Part shown: in pieces, positions 1 through 10,441 of the stretch
How the letters are laid out: each line of letters begins with the position of its first letter
Position numbering within the stretch: position 1 is the stretch's first letter
Origin: an uncultured bacterium
Lineage (GTDB): Bacteria > Zixibacteria > MSB-5A5 > JAABVY01 > JAHJOQ01
Reading direction: 5' to 3'
Length of the DNA stretch: 64,000 bases
Assembly: GCA_965369655.1 (NCBI GenBank)
Contig: CBDUQR010000001.1
Coordinates: 1-64,000 of the forward strand
Notes under the pieces: generated by a model
What the model was told of the DNA's origin: nothing
Databases searched by the model: none
What the model saw: only the letters and a program-made list of their open reading frames with translations
Program-made: the position numbers and the translations under genes

Positions 1-110
1 ATTCCACCCGATACGAATACGACTCTGTTATCGACTCGACCGACGCCCCTTCCGGTAAACGCCATCGACTCGACGGTGACTTCGATTTCACTGCCTCTGT
101 GGAGTTTCAT
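1..110 (-). CDS. rlmD: 5' part of a TRAM-domain 23S rRNA (uracil-5)-methyltransferase (RlmD/RumA), running off the window
   Basis: Manual minus-strand translation from ATG at 110 gives MKLHRGSEIEVTVESMAFTGRGVGRVDNRVVFVSGG, a typical RlmD N-terminal TRAM domain. Confidence 0.7.
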   Translation of the reverse strand, partial: MKLHRGSEIEVTVESMAFTGRGVGRVDNRVVFVSGG

Positions 111-203
111 TGCCGACTCAGATATTTCCTTCCGCTGTTGTGTTAGGTCTTGATCCCGTATAAACGGGATTGTGACCTGACACATGACTACATGCTAAAC
201 AAT

Positions 204-255
204 GGCAGCAGGTCACACGAATCCGTAGGCACGGATTCGCAAGACCTGCCGCAAC
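204..255. repeat. REP-like imperfect palindrome, family A copy 1
   Basis: GCAGGTC-ACACGAATCCGT-AGGC-ACGGATTCG-CAA-GACCTGC; near-identical copies at 10145-10195 and 10378-10406 (partial). Confidence 0.8.
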
Positions 256-476
256 AGCGTACAGCGTGGATAACGAAAAACGTCTTCCAGTTTATCTCTA
301 TGTCTTTCAGTTCAGCGATTGCCATAGCGTGAAGAATATACCTGTTTTCGGAAATGATGCAAGCCGCTGGCACTTCATTGCACTCTCGCTGTTACACAAC
401 AGAAGGCGTTGCTTAGTTTTTTTGTTGCTCCGGATATTGCGTTGTTCTAAGTTTGTATGAGGGTGTGTTTGCCTAA

Positions 477-1787
<1,311 letters not shown>

Positions 1788-1794
1788 CACTAAT

Positions 1795-2157
1795 ATGACT
1801 ACACGAAGGCCGATTCGAGATCGCTCGCCTCGCAGGCTGATTCGCCTGCTGAGGAAGAAAGCGTCACCGCATCGAAGCTACCTGCTGAAAGCGGGAGCGA
1901 TGCTTTTGGTCCTGTTCGTGGTCTACAGTTTTCTCGGTGGAGAATTCGGTTTTCTCAATCTGATGAGACTCGAGAGACATAACAGCAGCCTTCAGCATCA
2001 GAAACGCGAGTTGACTGCCGAAATCGTCGATTTGGAGTACCGTCTGAGGAGACTCGAATCTGATTCGTTATATGTTCAAAAGATTGCGAGGTCCAGGTAT
2101 GGTCTGGCCGCCGAAGATGAGCTTCTGATTCGGATTCCCGAGAATCTCGAGTACTAA
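1795..2157 (+). CDS. ftsB: Septum formation initiator FtsB/DivIC family
   Basis: One TM segment, coiled coil, KIARSRYGL motif; canonical position after eno; ATG at 1795 preferred over the 1753 ORF start. Confidence 0.85.
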   Translation: MTTRRPIRDRSPRRLIRLLRKKASPHRSYLLKAGAMLLVLFVVYSFLGGEFGFLNLMRLERHNSSLQHQKRELTAEIVDLEYRLRRLESDSLYVQKIARSRYGLAAEDELLIRIPENLEY

Positions 2158-2162
2158 CCCGA

Positions 2163-2936
2163 ATGAGCCTTTTCAAGACCGATGCAGTCATGCTCAGGAG
2201 CTCCCGTTCCGGAGAATCATCCCTTCTCGTTCACGTCTACATGAAAGACGGAGGCCGCGACAACCTGCTTGCGAAAGGCGCTCGTAACCCGAAATCGGTG
2301 CTGGTCGGCAAGCTGGAGCCTTTTTCGTTAGTCGAAATACTCTTCTATCGGTCAGACGCCGAGAGGCTGGGAGTGGTTTCTCAGGCAGATATAATTCGGA
2401 CGTATCCGGATATCTCTGACGACATCAGGCGGCTTTCATACGCCTCGGCCCTTGTCGAAATCATCGAGTCACTCGTCCCGAAGGCGGAATCGAATCAGGA
2501 TATATTCAGGCTTTTCACTGATTCACTGTACCAGATGAACTATTGCCACGGCTCGAAGTACGATTTCTATTTCAGCGCGTTCCTGCTGAAACTTCTCGGT
2601 CTGTCAGGATATTGCCCGGAGTTCAACCGGTGCATCAAGACCGGTGCGGACCTCTCCGAGGTCGATGAAACTCTCTTCTCCGCTGAGGCTGGCGGTCTTG
2701 TGTCGCACGATGCGGCGAGCAGTCAGGAGAAGTACTTCAAGCTGAACAAAGGAACACGCAAAGTACTGAGCGCGATCCAGTCGACCGATATGGACAAACT
2801 CGGGAATCTCAATTTCTCGCAGGACCAGAAAAAGCTTGTGCGAGCGTTGCTTATGAAATTTCTTGCAGTGCATATCGAGAAACCGCCGGCATTCTCATCT
2901 CTTGAATTCCTCGAAAAGATTAAGCCGGTCGGATAA
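2163..2936 (+). CDS. recO: DNA repair protein RecO
   Basis: AKGARNPKS, LEPFS and LLGLSGYCPEFNRC motifs; located before glyQS. Confidence 0.93.
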   Translation: MSLFKTDAVMLRSSRSGESSLLVHVYMKDGGRDNLLAKGARNPKSVLVGKLEPFSLVEILFYRSDAERLGVVSQADIIRTYPDISDDIRRLSYASALVEIIESLVPKAESNQDIFRLFTDSLYQMNYCHGSKYDFYFSAFLLKLLGLSGYCPEFNRCIKTGADLSEVDETLFSAEAGGLVSHDAASSQEKYFKLNKGTRKVLSAIQSTDMDKLGNLNFSQDQKKLVRALLMKFLAVHIEKPPAFSSLEFLEKIKPVG

Positions 2937-2954
2937 GCCAAAGGAGTTTTTTTT

Positions 2955-4283
2955 GTGGCTAAGACCAGTAACGACCTGATGGATAGACTCGTATCTCTTT
3001 GCAAACGGCGCGGGTTCATATTTCCATCATCTGAGATTTACGGCGGCATCGAAAGTTGCTATGACTACGGTCCCCTCGGTGTCGAACTCAAGCGGAATAT
3101 CAAGGATTTCTGGTGGACATCGATGACCCAGAAGCGGGATGATATTGAGGGCATCGATGCTGCGATCCTGATGCACCCCAGGGTCTGGGAAGCGTCGGGT
3201 CATATTGCAGGGTTTACCGATCCGATGGTAGACTGCCGCACATGCAAAGCCCGGTTCAGGGCGGATCAACTCGATGAAGTTCGCTGCCCGAATAAGCCGT
3301 CGAAATCACCCATCGAGAACAAGTGCGACCTGACCGAACCCCGTATGTTCAACCTGATGTTCAAGACATTCATGGGTCCGGTCGAGGATGATTCATCGGT
3401 CGTTTATCTCAGGCCGGAAACCGCCCAGGGAATCTATGTCAATTTCCACAATGTACTGCAACCGTCGCGTCAGAGAGTGCCGTTCGGAATAGCGCAAATC
3501 GGCAAGGCATTCCGCAACGAAATTACTCCCGGCAATTTCATCTTCCGTACGCGTGAATTCGAGCAGATGGAGATGCAATTCTTTATTCATCCATCGGAAG
3601 ATGACAAGTGGTTCGACTATTGGAAAGAGCAGCGCTGGCAATACTACCTCGATCTGGGCATAAGAGAAGAGAAGCTCCGTTTCCAGGAGCACGGTCCCGA
3701 TGAACTGGCGCACTATGCAAAGAAAGCTGTCGATGTCGAGTATGAATATCCATTCGGCTGGAAAGAACTCGAGGGAATACACAATCGTACAGACTATGAC
3801 CTCAAGGCTCACATGGAAGCATCCGGCAAGGATATGAGATATTTCGACGATCAGCGTAAGGAGAAATACCTGCCATATATCATCGAGACCTCCGCCGGCT
3901 GCGATCGAACCCTGTTGACTTTGCTCGTTGATGCCTACCGCGAGGAAGAAGTGAAAGGCGAGAAGCGCGTCGTGATGTCGTTTTCACCGAAAATCGCACC
4001 GATCAAAGTCGCGGTGCTTCCTTTGGTCAAGAAAGACGGTATGCCGGAGATTGCGCGGGAGATATACGATGATCTCAGGAAGAGCTTCAAGTGTTTTTAC
4101 GACGAGTCTGGCGCGGTCGGTCGTCGCTACCGCCGCCAGGACGAGGCCGGTACGCCGTTCGGCGTCACGGTCGATGGTCAGACCAAAGAGGACGAAACGG
4201 TCACACTCCGCTACCGCGATTCGATGCAACAGGATCGAGTGAAGATATCGGGGTTGAAAGACAAAATTCTGGGTGAACTGTAG
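2955..4283 (+). CDS. glyQS: Glycine--tRNA ligase (alpha2 type)
   Basis: [32 protein letters not shown] and [13 protein letters not shown] motifs. Confidence 0.98.
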   Translation: MAKTSNDLMDRLVSLCKRRGFIFPSSEIYGGIESCYDYGPLGVELKRNIKDFWWTSMTQKRDDIEGIDAAILMHPRVWEASGHIAGFTDPMVDCRTCKARFRADQLDEVRCPNKPSKSPIENKCDLTEPRMFNLMFKTFMGPVEDDSSVVYLRPETAQGIYVNFHNVLQPSRQRVPFGIAQIGKAFRNEITPGNFIFRTREFEQMEMQFFIHPSEDDKWFDYWKEQRWQYYLDLGIREEKLRFQEHGPDELAHYAKKAVDVEYEYPFGWKELEGIHNRTDYDLKAHMEASGKDMRYFDDQRKEKYLPYIIETSAGCDRTLLTLLVDAYREEEVKGEKRVVMSFSPKIAPIKVAVLPLVKKDGMPEIAREIYDDLRKSFKCFYDESGAVGRRYRRQDEAGTPFGVTVDGQTKEDETVTLRYRDSMQQDRVKISGLKDKILGEL

Positions 4284-4383
4284 CTTACATAGAATCGCCA
4301 AGTCACAACAACGACTCCGTCGTCGTTAATATCTGTCGAAACTAATTAAGACGATCGATTTATCAGAGCCACAAAGTTCAATT

Positions 4384-4779
4384 CTACAATTTGGCTTGGC
4401 GTTCTTTTCGGCGTTGCCGAGAACCATAAATGAATACACTTACAAGGGATACTATTGTTGCCCCACCGAAGATTGTTCCCTCTAATATTCTGCCTAAATA
4501 TATTAAGTAGAATGCGCTTGCTACACCTGTCATTCCAATAATGAATCCAAAGATCAATCCAAGGAGAGAATTGCGGATATCCGATTTGATTACTTTAGAT
4601 TCTAAGGTTTGGCGGTGATTAGATTGACGTTCCGCCATTGACAAAATTCGTTCTGCAGCCCCAGGTAATGTCTGCTCGTATCGCTCTAAATGATCGGGAG
4701 ATGGAATAGGTCCAATTGTGAGTTCTTGGCGTTGTACGTGCTGAGATACGAGTTGGCGCGACTTACGTTTCTTGCTCAT
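4384..4779 (-). CDS. DUF2335-family membrane protein
   Basis: GPIPSPDHLERYEQTLPGAAERILSMAERQSNHRQ followed by two TM helices; AT-rich. Confidence 0.8.
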   Translation of the reverse strand: MSKKRKSRQLVSQHVQRQELTIGPIPSPDHLERYEQTLPGAAERILSMAERQSNHRQTLESKVIKSDIRNSLLGLIFGFIIGMTGVASAFYLIYLGRILEGTIFGGATIVSLVSVFIYGSRQRRKERQAKL

Positions 4780-4978
4780 AGCACTCTATTGATGACTCTA
4801 TATCTCTCCCAACCATTTGCCAGTCATTATACAACGCTCTTGTATCTGCCTCAACCCCGGTCCTGTCACGATTATAGACTTGAAGACTGGAATACAAATC
4901 CAAAATACGGCATAACCCCTCAAGAAAAGAGGGTCTTGCAAACAAGTGAAAGGTCAGAGATTGTTCATTGTTAGTCAT
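4763..4978 (-). CDS. Small hypothetical protein overlapping the DUF2335 gene
   Basis: 71-aa ORF with a 17-bp overlap with the downstream gene; AT-rich. Confidence 0.65.
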   Translation of the reverse strand: MTNNEQSLTFHLFARPSFLEGLCRILDLYSSLQVYNRDRTGVEADTRALYNDWQMVGRDIESSIECYEQET

Positions 4979-5388
4979 CGATTGCGCCGCCTGCTTATCT
5001 TAACTCTAACATTATCGACAAATCAGCATGTTTGTCAAGGGATATTTAACTAACAGTTAATTAACCCATAATTATAACGATTATCTAAAACTTAAGTTTC
5101 CACAAATGCCCTGTTTTTATGTAACACCTTATAAATTAATGCGTTTCTGTATTCTTCCTACCGTTAACAGGGTTATTCCCAGAAACTGATTGACACAATA
5201 GACCATGATTTCTATACTCTCGCCGAATCATTTCAATCTGATGGAGCAACGGCGTGAATAATGGAATGTCATTTCTTTGTGATTCTGCCAGTGCCTGCAA
5301 ATCCGTTTGCAGGCGAATTTCAGTGAACCTCCGAGCGTCGATTCTCGTATACAACGTAAACCAGTAACCGACCCGGAGGAGAAGACTC

Positions 5389-6237
5389 GTGAAACGTTTC
5401 GGAACTTTGTTGCTTACATGCCTGCTTGCACTGCTGATTCTGTCGTCTGTCGCTGAGGCGAGAAAGATTCGCGGTTCAGGCGATGTCGTACGCGAAATCC
5501 GCGAAATCAGCGGCGTCGACGGCGTCGAACTGGCGACTATCGGAACTCTCATTATCGAAATCGGAGACAAGGAAGAATTGGTCATCGAAGCCGAGGACAA
5601 CCTGATCGAATATTTCGAGACGGATGTGCATGGTGGCATGCTTACGATCGAGAAAATTGGCAGGGCCAATCTTCGTCCGACGGAGCCTGTTCGATACTTC
5701 TTGACTATCAAAGAGCTTAACGAAATCGAGATTTCCAGCAGCGGAGATGTTGAGGCGCCCGATTTGAAGGCGGAACGATTCCAGATCGAAATAAGCAGTT
5801 CCGGCAACCTGGAGATGGGCGATCTGATCGCAAAGTCTCTCGATATTACGATTGAAAGCTCCGGCGATGCCGAAATGGGCAATGTTACGGCTCGCGATGT
5901 CGAGATCGATATCAGCAGTTCGGGCGATGTGGAGATGCGCAGCCTGAACGACACAAGACTTCTTATCGTTGATATCAACAGTTCCGGCAATGTTGATATC
6001 TTTGGCGGGCAGGCTGATGAACTCGATATATCGATCAACAGTTCAGGGGATTTCAACGGCAAGCGTCTCGAATGCAAAGAAGCCGAAGTATCTCTTAACA
6101 GCAGCGGCGACGCAACTGTCAATGTGAACGACTATCTACGGGCGCGACTCGGAAGTTCCGGGGATGTGTTCTACATAGGCGAACCCAGTGTCGACAAGAA
6201 AGTCGGATCATCGGGACGTGTGAAACGCATCAAGTGA
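5389..6237 (+). CDS. DUF2807 (head GIN domain) beta-solenoid exported protein
   Basis: Signal peptide, IRGSG start and about eight I.I.SSG.V repeats at roughly 19-aa spacing; GGAGGAG RBS. Confidence 0.88.
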   Translation: MKRFGTLLLTCLLALLILSSVAEARKIRGSGDVVREIREISGVDGVELATIGTLIIEIGDKEELVIEAEDNLIEYFETDVHGGMLTIEKIGRANLRPTEPVRYFLTIKELNEIEISSSGDVEAPDLKAERFQIEISSSGNLEMGDLIAKSLDITIESSGDAEMGNVTARDVEIDISSSGDVEMRSLNDTRLLIVDINSSGNVDIFGGQADELDISINSSGDFNGKRLECKEAEVSLNSSGDATVNVNDYLRARLGSSGDVFYIGEPSVDKKVGSSGRVKRIK

Positions 6238-6272
6238 CAGCCCTCATCGGTAGTGAAACATAGCGATAGAAA

Positions 6273-6299
6273 GTAGCGCAGGAGTCAGAGACTCCTGCG
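6273..6299 (+). repeat. GTAG REP-like hairpin, family B (may also terminate transcription)
   Basis: GTAG followed by a CGCAGGAGT...ACTCCTGCG stem; related copy at 18115-18141. Confidence 0.7.
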
Positions 6300-6490
6300 A
6301 AGACTATTCACCGAAATCACCAGGGTCGTTTGATGGGTCTTGGCGGCGACGAAGTCGTCGGTGTGACCTGGCGATCTCCTGCAAGCTGTTTCCAGATATT
6401 ACTTCCATAATTACCGGCAGTTCACACTCCCGCCTACGGCGTAAGCAAGAACTATCGGAATAAGTTAACCACATCAATCCGCAGCAGAAT

Positions 6491-6571
6491 TTATCTGACA
6501 CATAAGAATATTTATGTAAAACATAAATCTTTTCTTGACTTTACGCAACATTGAGTTATTATTCCCGTATG
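6491..6571 (+). promoter_or_regulatory. Operator/promoter copy 1: two TTATGT-N3-ACATAA palindromes plus a sigma70 promoter
   Basis: Palindromes at 6491-6505 (one mismatch) and 6512-6526; TTGACT 6535-6540, 16-bp spacer, TATTAT 6557-6562. Confidence 0.75.
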
Positions 6572-6648
6572 ACTAATCAGATGAAATAATATGTCAATCG
6601 GCTGTATACTGGCAGAGATTCGGATATGAATTGCCAAAGGAGTGTGTC

Positions 6649-6831
6649 ATGATAGTTTTTGAGAAAAGAGAAGATGTTGCACCGAACTGCCCGCACTGCA
6701 GGAAAGAGATTTCTCGTGTCTGGTACCGAGAACTCAAAGGCGATCTCGGTAAGCGTTGCCTTTACTTCTGTCCGGAATGCAAGGCTGTTCTTGGTGTTTC
6801 ACAGCGCAAAGGCCTGACATTCGGCTGGTAA
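6649..6831 (+). CDS. Small zinc-ribbon protein
   Basis: CPHC and CPEC motifs; AAGGAG RBS before ATG 6649. Confidence 0.75.
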   Translation: MIVFEKREDVAPNCPHCRKEISRVWYRELKGDLGKRCLYFCPECKAVLGVSQRKGLTFGW

Positions 6832-6909
6832 GCCGTTAAGTAATATGTGGTTGCGTCGTGTTCGGCAGAAAGGGAGGCAAAGATCAGCCTCATTAATCTG
6901 AAGGAGACT

Positions 6910-6990
6910 TTATGTGAGACATAAGAAATCTTATGTAATACATAAAATAATTCTTGACTTTAAGCAACATAGGATTATTATTCACGTATG
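6910..6990 (+). promoter_or_regulatory. Operator/promoter copy 2, driving a probably leaderless HTH gene
   Basis: Perfect TTATGT-N3-ACATAA at 6910-6924 and 6931-6945; TTGACT 6954-6959, TATTAT 6976-6981, ATG 6 nt later. Confidence 0.8.
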
Positions 6991-7200
6991 GCTATTCAGA
7001 TAAACATAGATGTCATGATGGCAAAGAGGAAGATGTCGCTGACTGAACTATCGAACAGGATTGGAATCTCGATGACCAATCTCTCACTATTGAAAACAGG
7101 CAAAGTGAAGGGGATCAGGTTCAGAACACTTGAGTTGATATGCAAAGAACTCGAGTGTCAGCCCGGCGATGTCCTCGAATATATACCGGATTTCATCTGA
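6988..7200 (+). CDS. Cro/C1-type (YozG-like) HTH transcriptional regulator
   Basis: MSLTELSNRIGISMTNLSLLKTGKVKGIRFRTLELICKELECQPGDVLEY. Confidence 0.93.
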   Translation: MAIQINIDVMMAKRKMSLTELSNRIGISMTNLSLLKTGKVKGIRFRTLELICKELECQPGDVLEYIPDFI

Positions 7201-7245
7201 TGATTGACGGTTTGTGAAGAAAAGCAATCGGAGGAGGTCAAAGAC

Positions 7246-7848
7246 ATGAATGAAAATCGATACACATTGTCGGGATGGCTGGCGATCGGTGCGGCCGTTC
7301 TGTTTCCCCTCGTCTTTGCGATGGGCATAATCCAGGCAATAATCGCGATCAGGTCGTTCAATTACAGTGGTCCGATGCTCGGACCGAGTGACTTTATCAT
7401 GGTGCTTGTCACGGCGATGGGGGTCTACGTGCTGCTTAAACTCCGGCAGCTATTGAATGAGCGATATGATTTCCATGATATTGATATTCTTATCCTGGTG
7501 TCGATTTGGTGGAGTATTATGTTTCAGGCTATCTCAATATCCATGAAGATCGTCTTTATCGTAATCTGGCCGGTCTCAGAACTCGTGCTGGTTGTATTGA
7601 ATATTACTGTCCTTGGGGCGGCAATGGTCACGATCGGCATAGTCGATATCATGATAGCCATGCGGCTCCTGAGAGCAAAAGAGACTCTGAATGATCTGCT
7701 GAAAGCGTTTGCTTATGTTACACTGGCAGCAGGTGTTTTTGAAGTAAGTATAATAATGTCGCCGTTATCATTACTTCTGGTGCCTGTGTCGTTTGTGATC
7801 CTCGGAATGATCTTTCTCAAGGAAAAGGAAGAAGTCGAATTTGTGTAG
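7246..7848 (+). CDS. Multi-pass membrane protein, unknown function
   Basis: About six hydrophobic segments; GGAGGAGG RBS. Confidence 0.8.
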   Translation: MNENRYTLSGWLAIGAAVLFPLVFAMGIIQAIIAIRSFNYSGPMLGPSDFIMVLVTAMGVYVLLKLRQLLNERYDFHDIDILILVSIWWSIMFQAISISMKIVFIVIWPVSELVLVVLNITVLGAAMVTIGIVDIMIAMRLLRAKETLNDLLKAFAYVTLAAGVFEVSIIMSPLSLLLVPVSFVILGMIFLKEKEEVEFV

Positions 7849-7881
7849 TGACCTAATGGTCAAAGCTTGATACAGAGGTAC

Positions 7882-8970
7882 ATGATGTTTTTACGAAGAG
7901 GTAAATTGACGCTGTTGATCCTGGCGCTGCCAATTGCGGCGATCATGTTCGGCTGCGCTGCGAAGAAAAGTATGTCTGATATCCCGGAGTCGGGTCTTCA
8001 TCTGAAGTACCAAATGCCTGATGATATGTTGCTGAGATATGCGTTCTCGAACGGCTACATTCAGAACATGAAGGTAATGGAAAAGTCTGTGAAGATCGAG
8101 GGGAGCGAAACCAGTATCATCTCAGTGAGATCAAAAGGACTGAACGGTCAGGACTATCAACTTAAAATCACCATAGACTCCATGAGTTTTATTCTTCAAA
8201 GCCCGAGTGGGAATCTGACTCCGGATATGAATGATGTAATTGGAAAAGAATTCGCGATGTCCCTGACGCCCGGAGGCAAGGAATTTGATATTACAGGCGC
8301 AGACTCAATTCAATACGAAGTGATGCCGGGTGAAAAACAATCCGCGGCGGCTGGCTTCAAGGCAATGTTCCCCGATCTACCTGACAAACCAGTGAAAATC
8401 GGAGATACATGGATAACCAGCGATACCGTCTCAGAGAAAACCGGTAGTGGAGACCTCAATATCATTCTCAACAACGTGAACAGACTCGATGGATTCGAGA
8501 AGATCAACGGAGTCGACTGCGCGAGAATAGCAGCCACGACTACGGGCACAATCACAGGGACAGGGAAGCAGCAGGGAATGGACCTCGTTACCAAAGGAGG
8601 TATCGAGGATGAAGACATCTGGTATTTCGCCTACAAGGTCGGTGTGTTCATCAAGATGACAAGCAGTGGCCTGGCAAAGAGCACAATCACCGCGACCGGC
8701 ACGCAGAACATGGTCATTCCGACAGGCTCCTGTCTCTGCGATCTTCCCTCGACGGACCGACATTTTCCGATATTTTTTGCCGCCGACCCGGATATCGATG
8801 AAATAGTTCTTACCTCTTTTCCGAACTTTTCCCATGGGCACCACCGTGGGTACAGATTATTGTCGTTTCAAGATGGGCGCCATTTGGGCATGCCAATTGT
8901 TGAGTGCAATATTGCCAAAAGTGAAGCGGCTGTCAGCTCTTTTGTCGACAGCCGCTTGCGGTATTGGTAG
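7882..8970 (+). CDS. Lipoprotein of unknown function; native C-terminus probably lost near 8722, with read-through into the integrase remnant
   Basis: Lipobox MFGC and beta-rich body; the sequence after NMVIPT is antisense to the integrase fragment and the stop lies inside the tRNA. Confidence 0.65.
   Translation: MMFLRRGKLTLLILALPIAAIMFGCAAKKSMSDIPESGLHLKYQMPDDMLLRYAFSNGYIQNMKVMEKSVKIEGSETSIISVRSKGLNGQDYQLKITIDSMSFILQSPSGNLTPDMNDVIGKEFAMSLTPGGKEFDITGADSIQYEVMPGEKQSAAAGFKAMFPDLPDKPVKIGDTWITSDTVSEKTGSGDLNIILNNVNRLDGFEKINGVDCARIAATTTGTITGTGKQQGMDLVTKGGIEDEDIWYFAYKVGVFIKMTSSGLAKSTITATGTQNMVIPTGSCLCDLPSTDRHFPIFFAADPDIDEIVLTSFPNFSHGHHRGYRLLSFQDGRHLGMPIVECNIAKSEAAVSSFVDSRLRYW
8722..8835 (-). pseudogene. 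N-terminal (arm-binding) remnant of a tyrosine integrase
   Basis: MGKVRKRGKNYFIDIRVGGKKYRK begins 130 bp downstream of the tRNA-Glu 3' end; no catalytic domain follows. Confidence 0.6.
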
Positions 8971-9040
8971 CCCTAGGGGGAATCGAACCCCCGTTTGATG
9001 GCTGAGAACCACCCGTCCTGGACCACTAGACGATAGGGCC
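8965..9040 (-). tRNA. tRNA-Glu (anticodon CTC) with encoded CCA
   Basis: GGCCCTATCGTCTAGTGGTCCAGGACGGGTGG-TTCTCAG-CCATCAAACGGGGGTTCGATTCCCCCTAGGGCTACCA forms a cloverleaf. Confidence 0.96.
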
Positions 9041-9173
9041 GTAATCTCTGATTCGCACGCAACGGGTTCTTCCGCTGCCCATTTTCAAGGGCATCAATTT
9101 AGCAAGAAAAAGCGATTTGGCAAGGTATTATTGCGGCTCCGCAAAAACCGGCGATTCGCACTTAACAGATGAT

Positions 9174-10070
9174 CTACGACTCGATTGTGTATGTTCCGGC
9201 AGAACGCAGCTTGTATTGCACGGCGGACATGTATCCGACGACAGCATCATTCTCACCCGACACCTCGCCGCTGTGAGCATATTTGACAACTTCGGACTTG
9301 TCGGCGCCGAGCCTGCGTGCGGCCAGCATGGCAGTGATTATCGGACCAAAACCGCACGCCTCGCAGTTGCCGTGTGAGATGGCATTGAAAAGTCCGTCCG
9401 GATTGTAACCTTCGATATTCGACAGGACGACATCATCAAGCACTCTGGCATCGGTCGCTGAGTGATAATGCGACAGATCCGATGATGCCACAATGAGCGC
9501 CTTCCTGCCGTGCAACGTTCCGGCGAGAATTTCCGACAGAGCAACACAGACATCCATCTCCTGCTCGCCCATCACAATAGGGATCAGCTTGAAATCGCCC
9601 AGGACGATCTGCAGGAATGGAAGCTGCACTTCGAGCGAGTGTTCAGCGCGTTCGACCGCGCCTCCGGTATGTCCCCTGGTCGACAGGTAGACCTTCGACG
9701 GATTTATGTTGGCCATTTTGATCGCGAGATCGAGATCGACATAGAGCTTGTCGAGCGGCGTGACATACGCCCCGCCGTTGTATATCGATGCACCCTGAAA
9801 CATCGCCGAGTGCGATGGCGCAATGACAACCACGATCTCGAACTTCATCCCTTCGAGCAGCTTGAATCCGTGGGCGGCAACACCGCCTGAGTAGACATAT
9901 CCGGCATGGGGCGACACAATCGAGATTATTTCGCCATCGATATGCTTCTTCTCGGCCTCGTAATAGAACTGGCTGATGGTCTTCGTGAGCGTCAACGGAT
10001 CGGCAGGATAGAATGACCCGGCAAATTGCGGTTTCCGTTCCTCATCGGGAAAGACATTGTGCTTCTCCAT
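9174..10070 (-). CDS. amrB: AmmeMemoRadiSam system protein B (MEMO1 family)
   Basis: AGSFYP, PHAGYVYSG, EHSLEVQLPFL, SSDLSHY and VVGY motifs; start reassigned to ATG 10070. Confidence 0.93.
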   Translation of the reverse strand: MEKHNVFPDEERKPQFAGSFYPADPLTLTKTISQFYYEAEKKHIDGEIISIVSPHAGYVYSGGVAAHGFKLLEGMKFEIVVVIAPSHSAMFQGASIYNGGAYVTPLDKLYVDLDLAIKMANINPSKVYLSTRGHTGGAVERAEHSLEVQLPFLQIVLGDFKLIPIVMGEQEMDVCVALSEILAGTLHGRKALIVASSDLSHYHSATDARVLDDVVLSNIEGYNPDGLFNAISHGNCEACGFGPIITAMLAARRLGADKSEVVKYAHSGEVSGENDAVVGYMSAVQYKLRSAGTYTIES

Positions 10071-10144
10071 GTGAGAATAATACGATGCGATCACGATCAG
10101 TACAAGGAGAATGTGCCGGCCACGTGAGTATGTATTCAACAAGA

Positions 10145-10406
10145 GCGGCAGGTCACACAAATCCGCTGACACGGATTCGCAAGACCTGCCACAACCATTC
10201 ATAAACTAGTGTTGTGTCCCAGGAATCCATTCACAATAAAAAGCGGCAAATTAAATCGTGGCATGGGCATCTTGCCCATGATTCACGGGCAGGATGCCCG
10301 TGCTACTACAAAAGAATGGCTCATCTCCAAAGTGAGCCGGTAGCCCATCCAGAGCGTAGCGTCGGATGGGTTCATGTCTGACACGGATTCGCAAGACCCG
10401 CCGCAA
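10145..10406. repeat. Cluster of REP-like elements (family A twice, an inverted GTGG/GTAG pair, family C)
   Basis: Family A at 10145-10195 and 10378-10406; GTGGCATGGGCATCTTGCCCATG plus inverted GTAGCACGGGCATCCTGCCCGTG at 10258-10306; GTAGCCCATCC...GGATGGG at 10340-10370. Confidence 0.8.
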
Positions 10407-10441
10407 CCATTCGTAGATCAAACAATACTATATAGTGCAAA

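Noticed and set aside
4284-4383. Search for a second att site (tRNA-Glu 3' duplicate) bounding an island
   Set aside because: No copy of the tRNA 3' end seen, so island boundaries are not called as a feature
5117-5131. Possible third TTATGT-N3-ACATAA operator
   Set aside because: The second half-site (ACCTTA) has two mismatches in AT-rich DNA and could be chance
5136-6122. 328-aa minus-strand ORF with periodic PELLIS repeats
   Set aside because: Mirror of the ISSSG repeats in the DUF2807 gene
10071-10202. N-terminal extension of amrB in the ORF track, similar to ORF 188-373
   Set aside because: The similarity is translated family A repeat DNA; a promoter sits directly before ATG 10070
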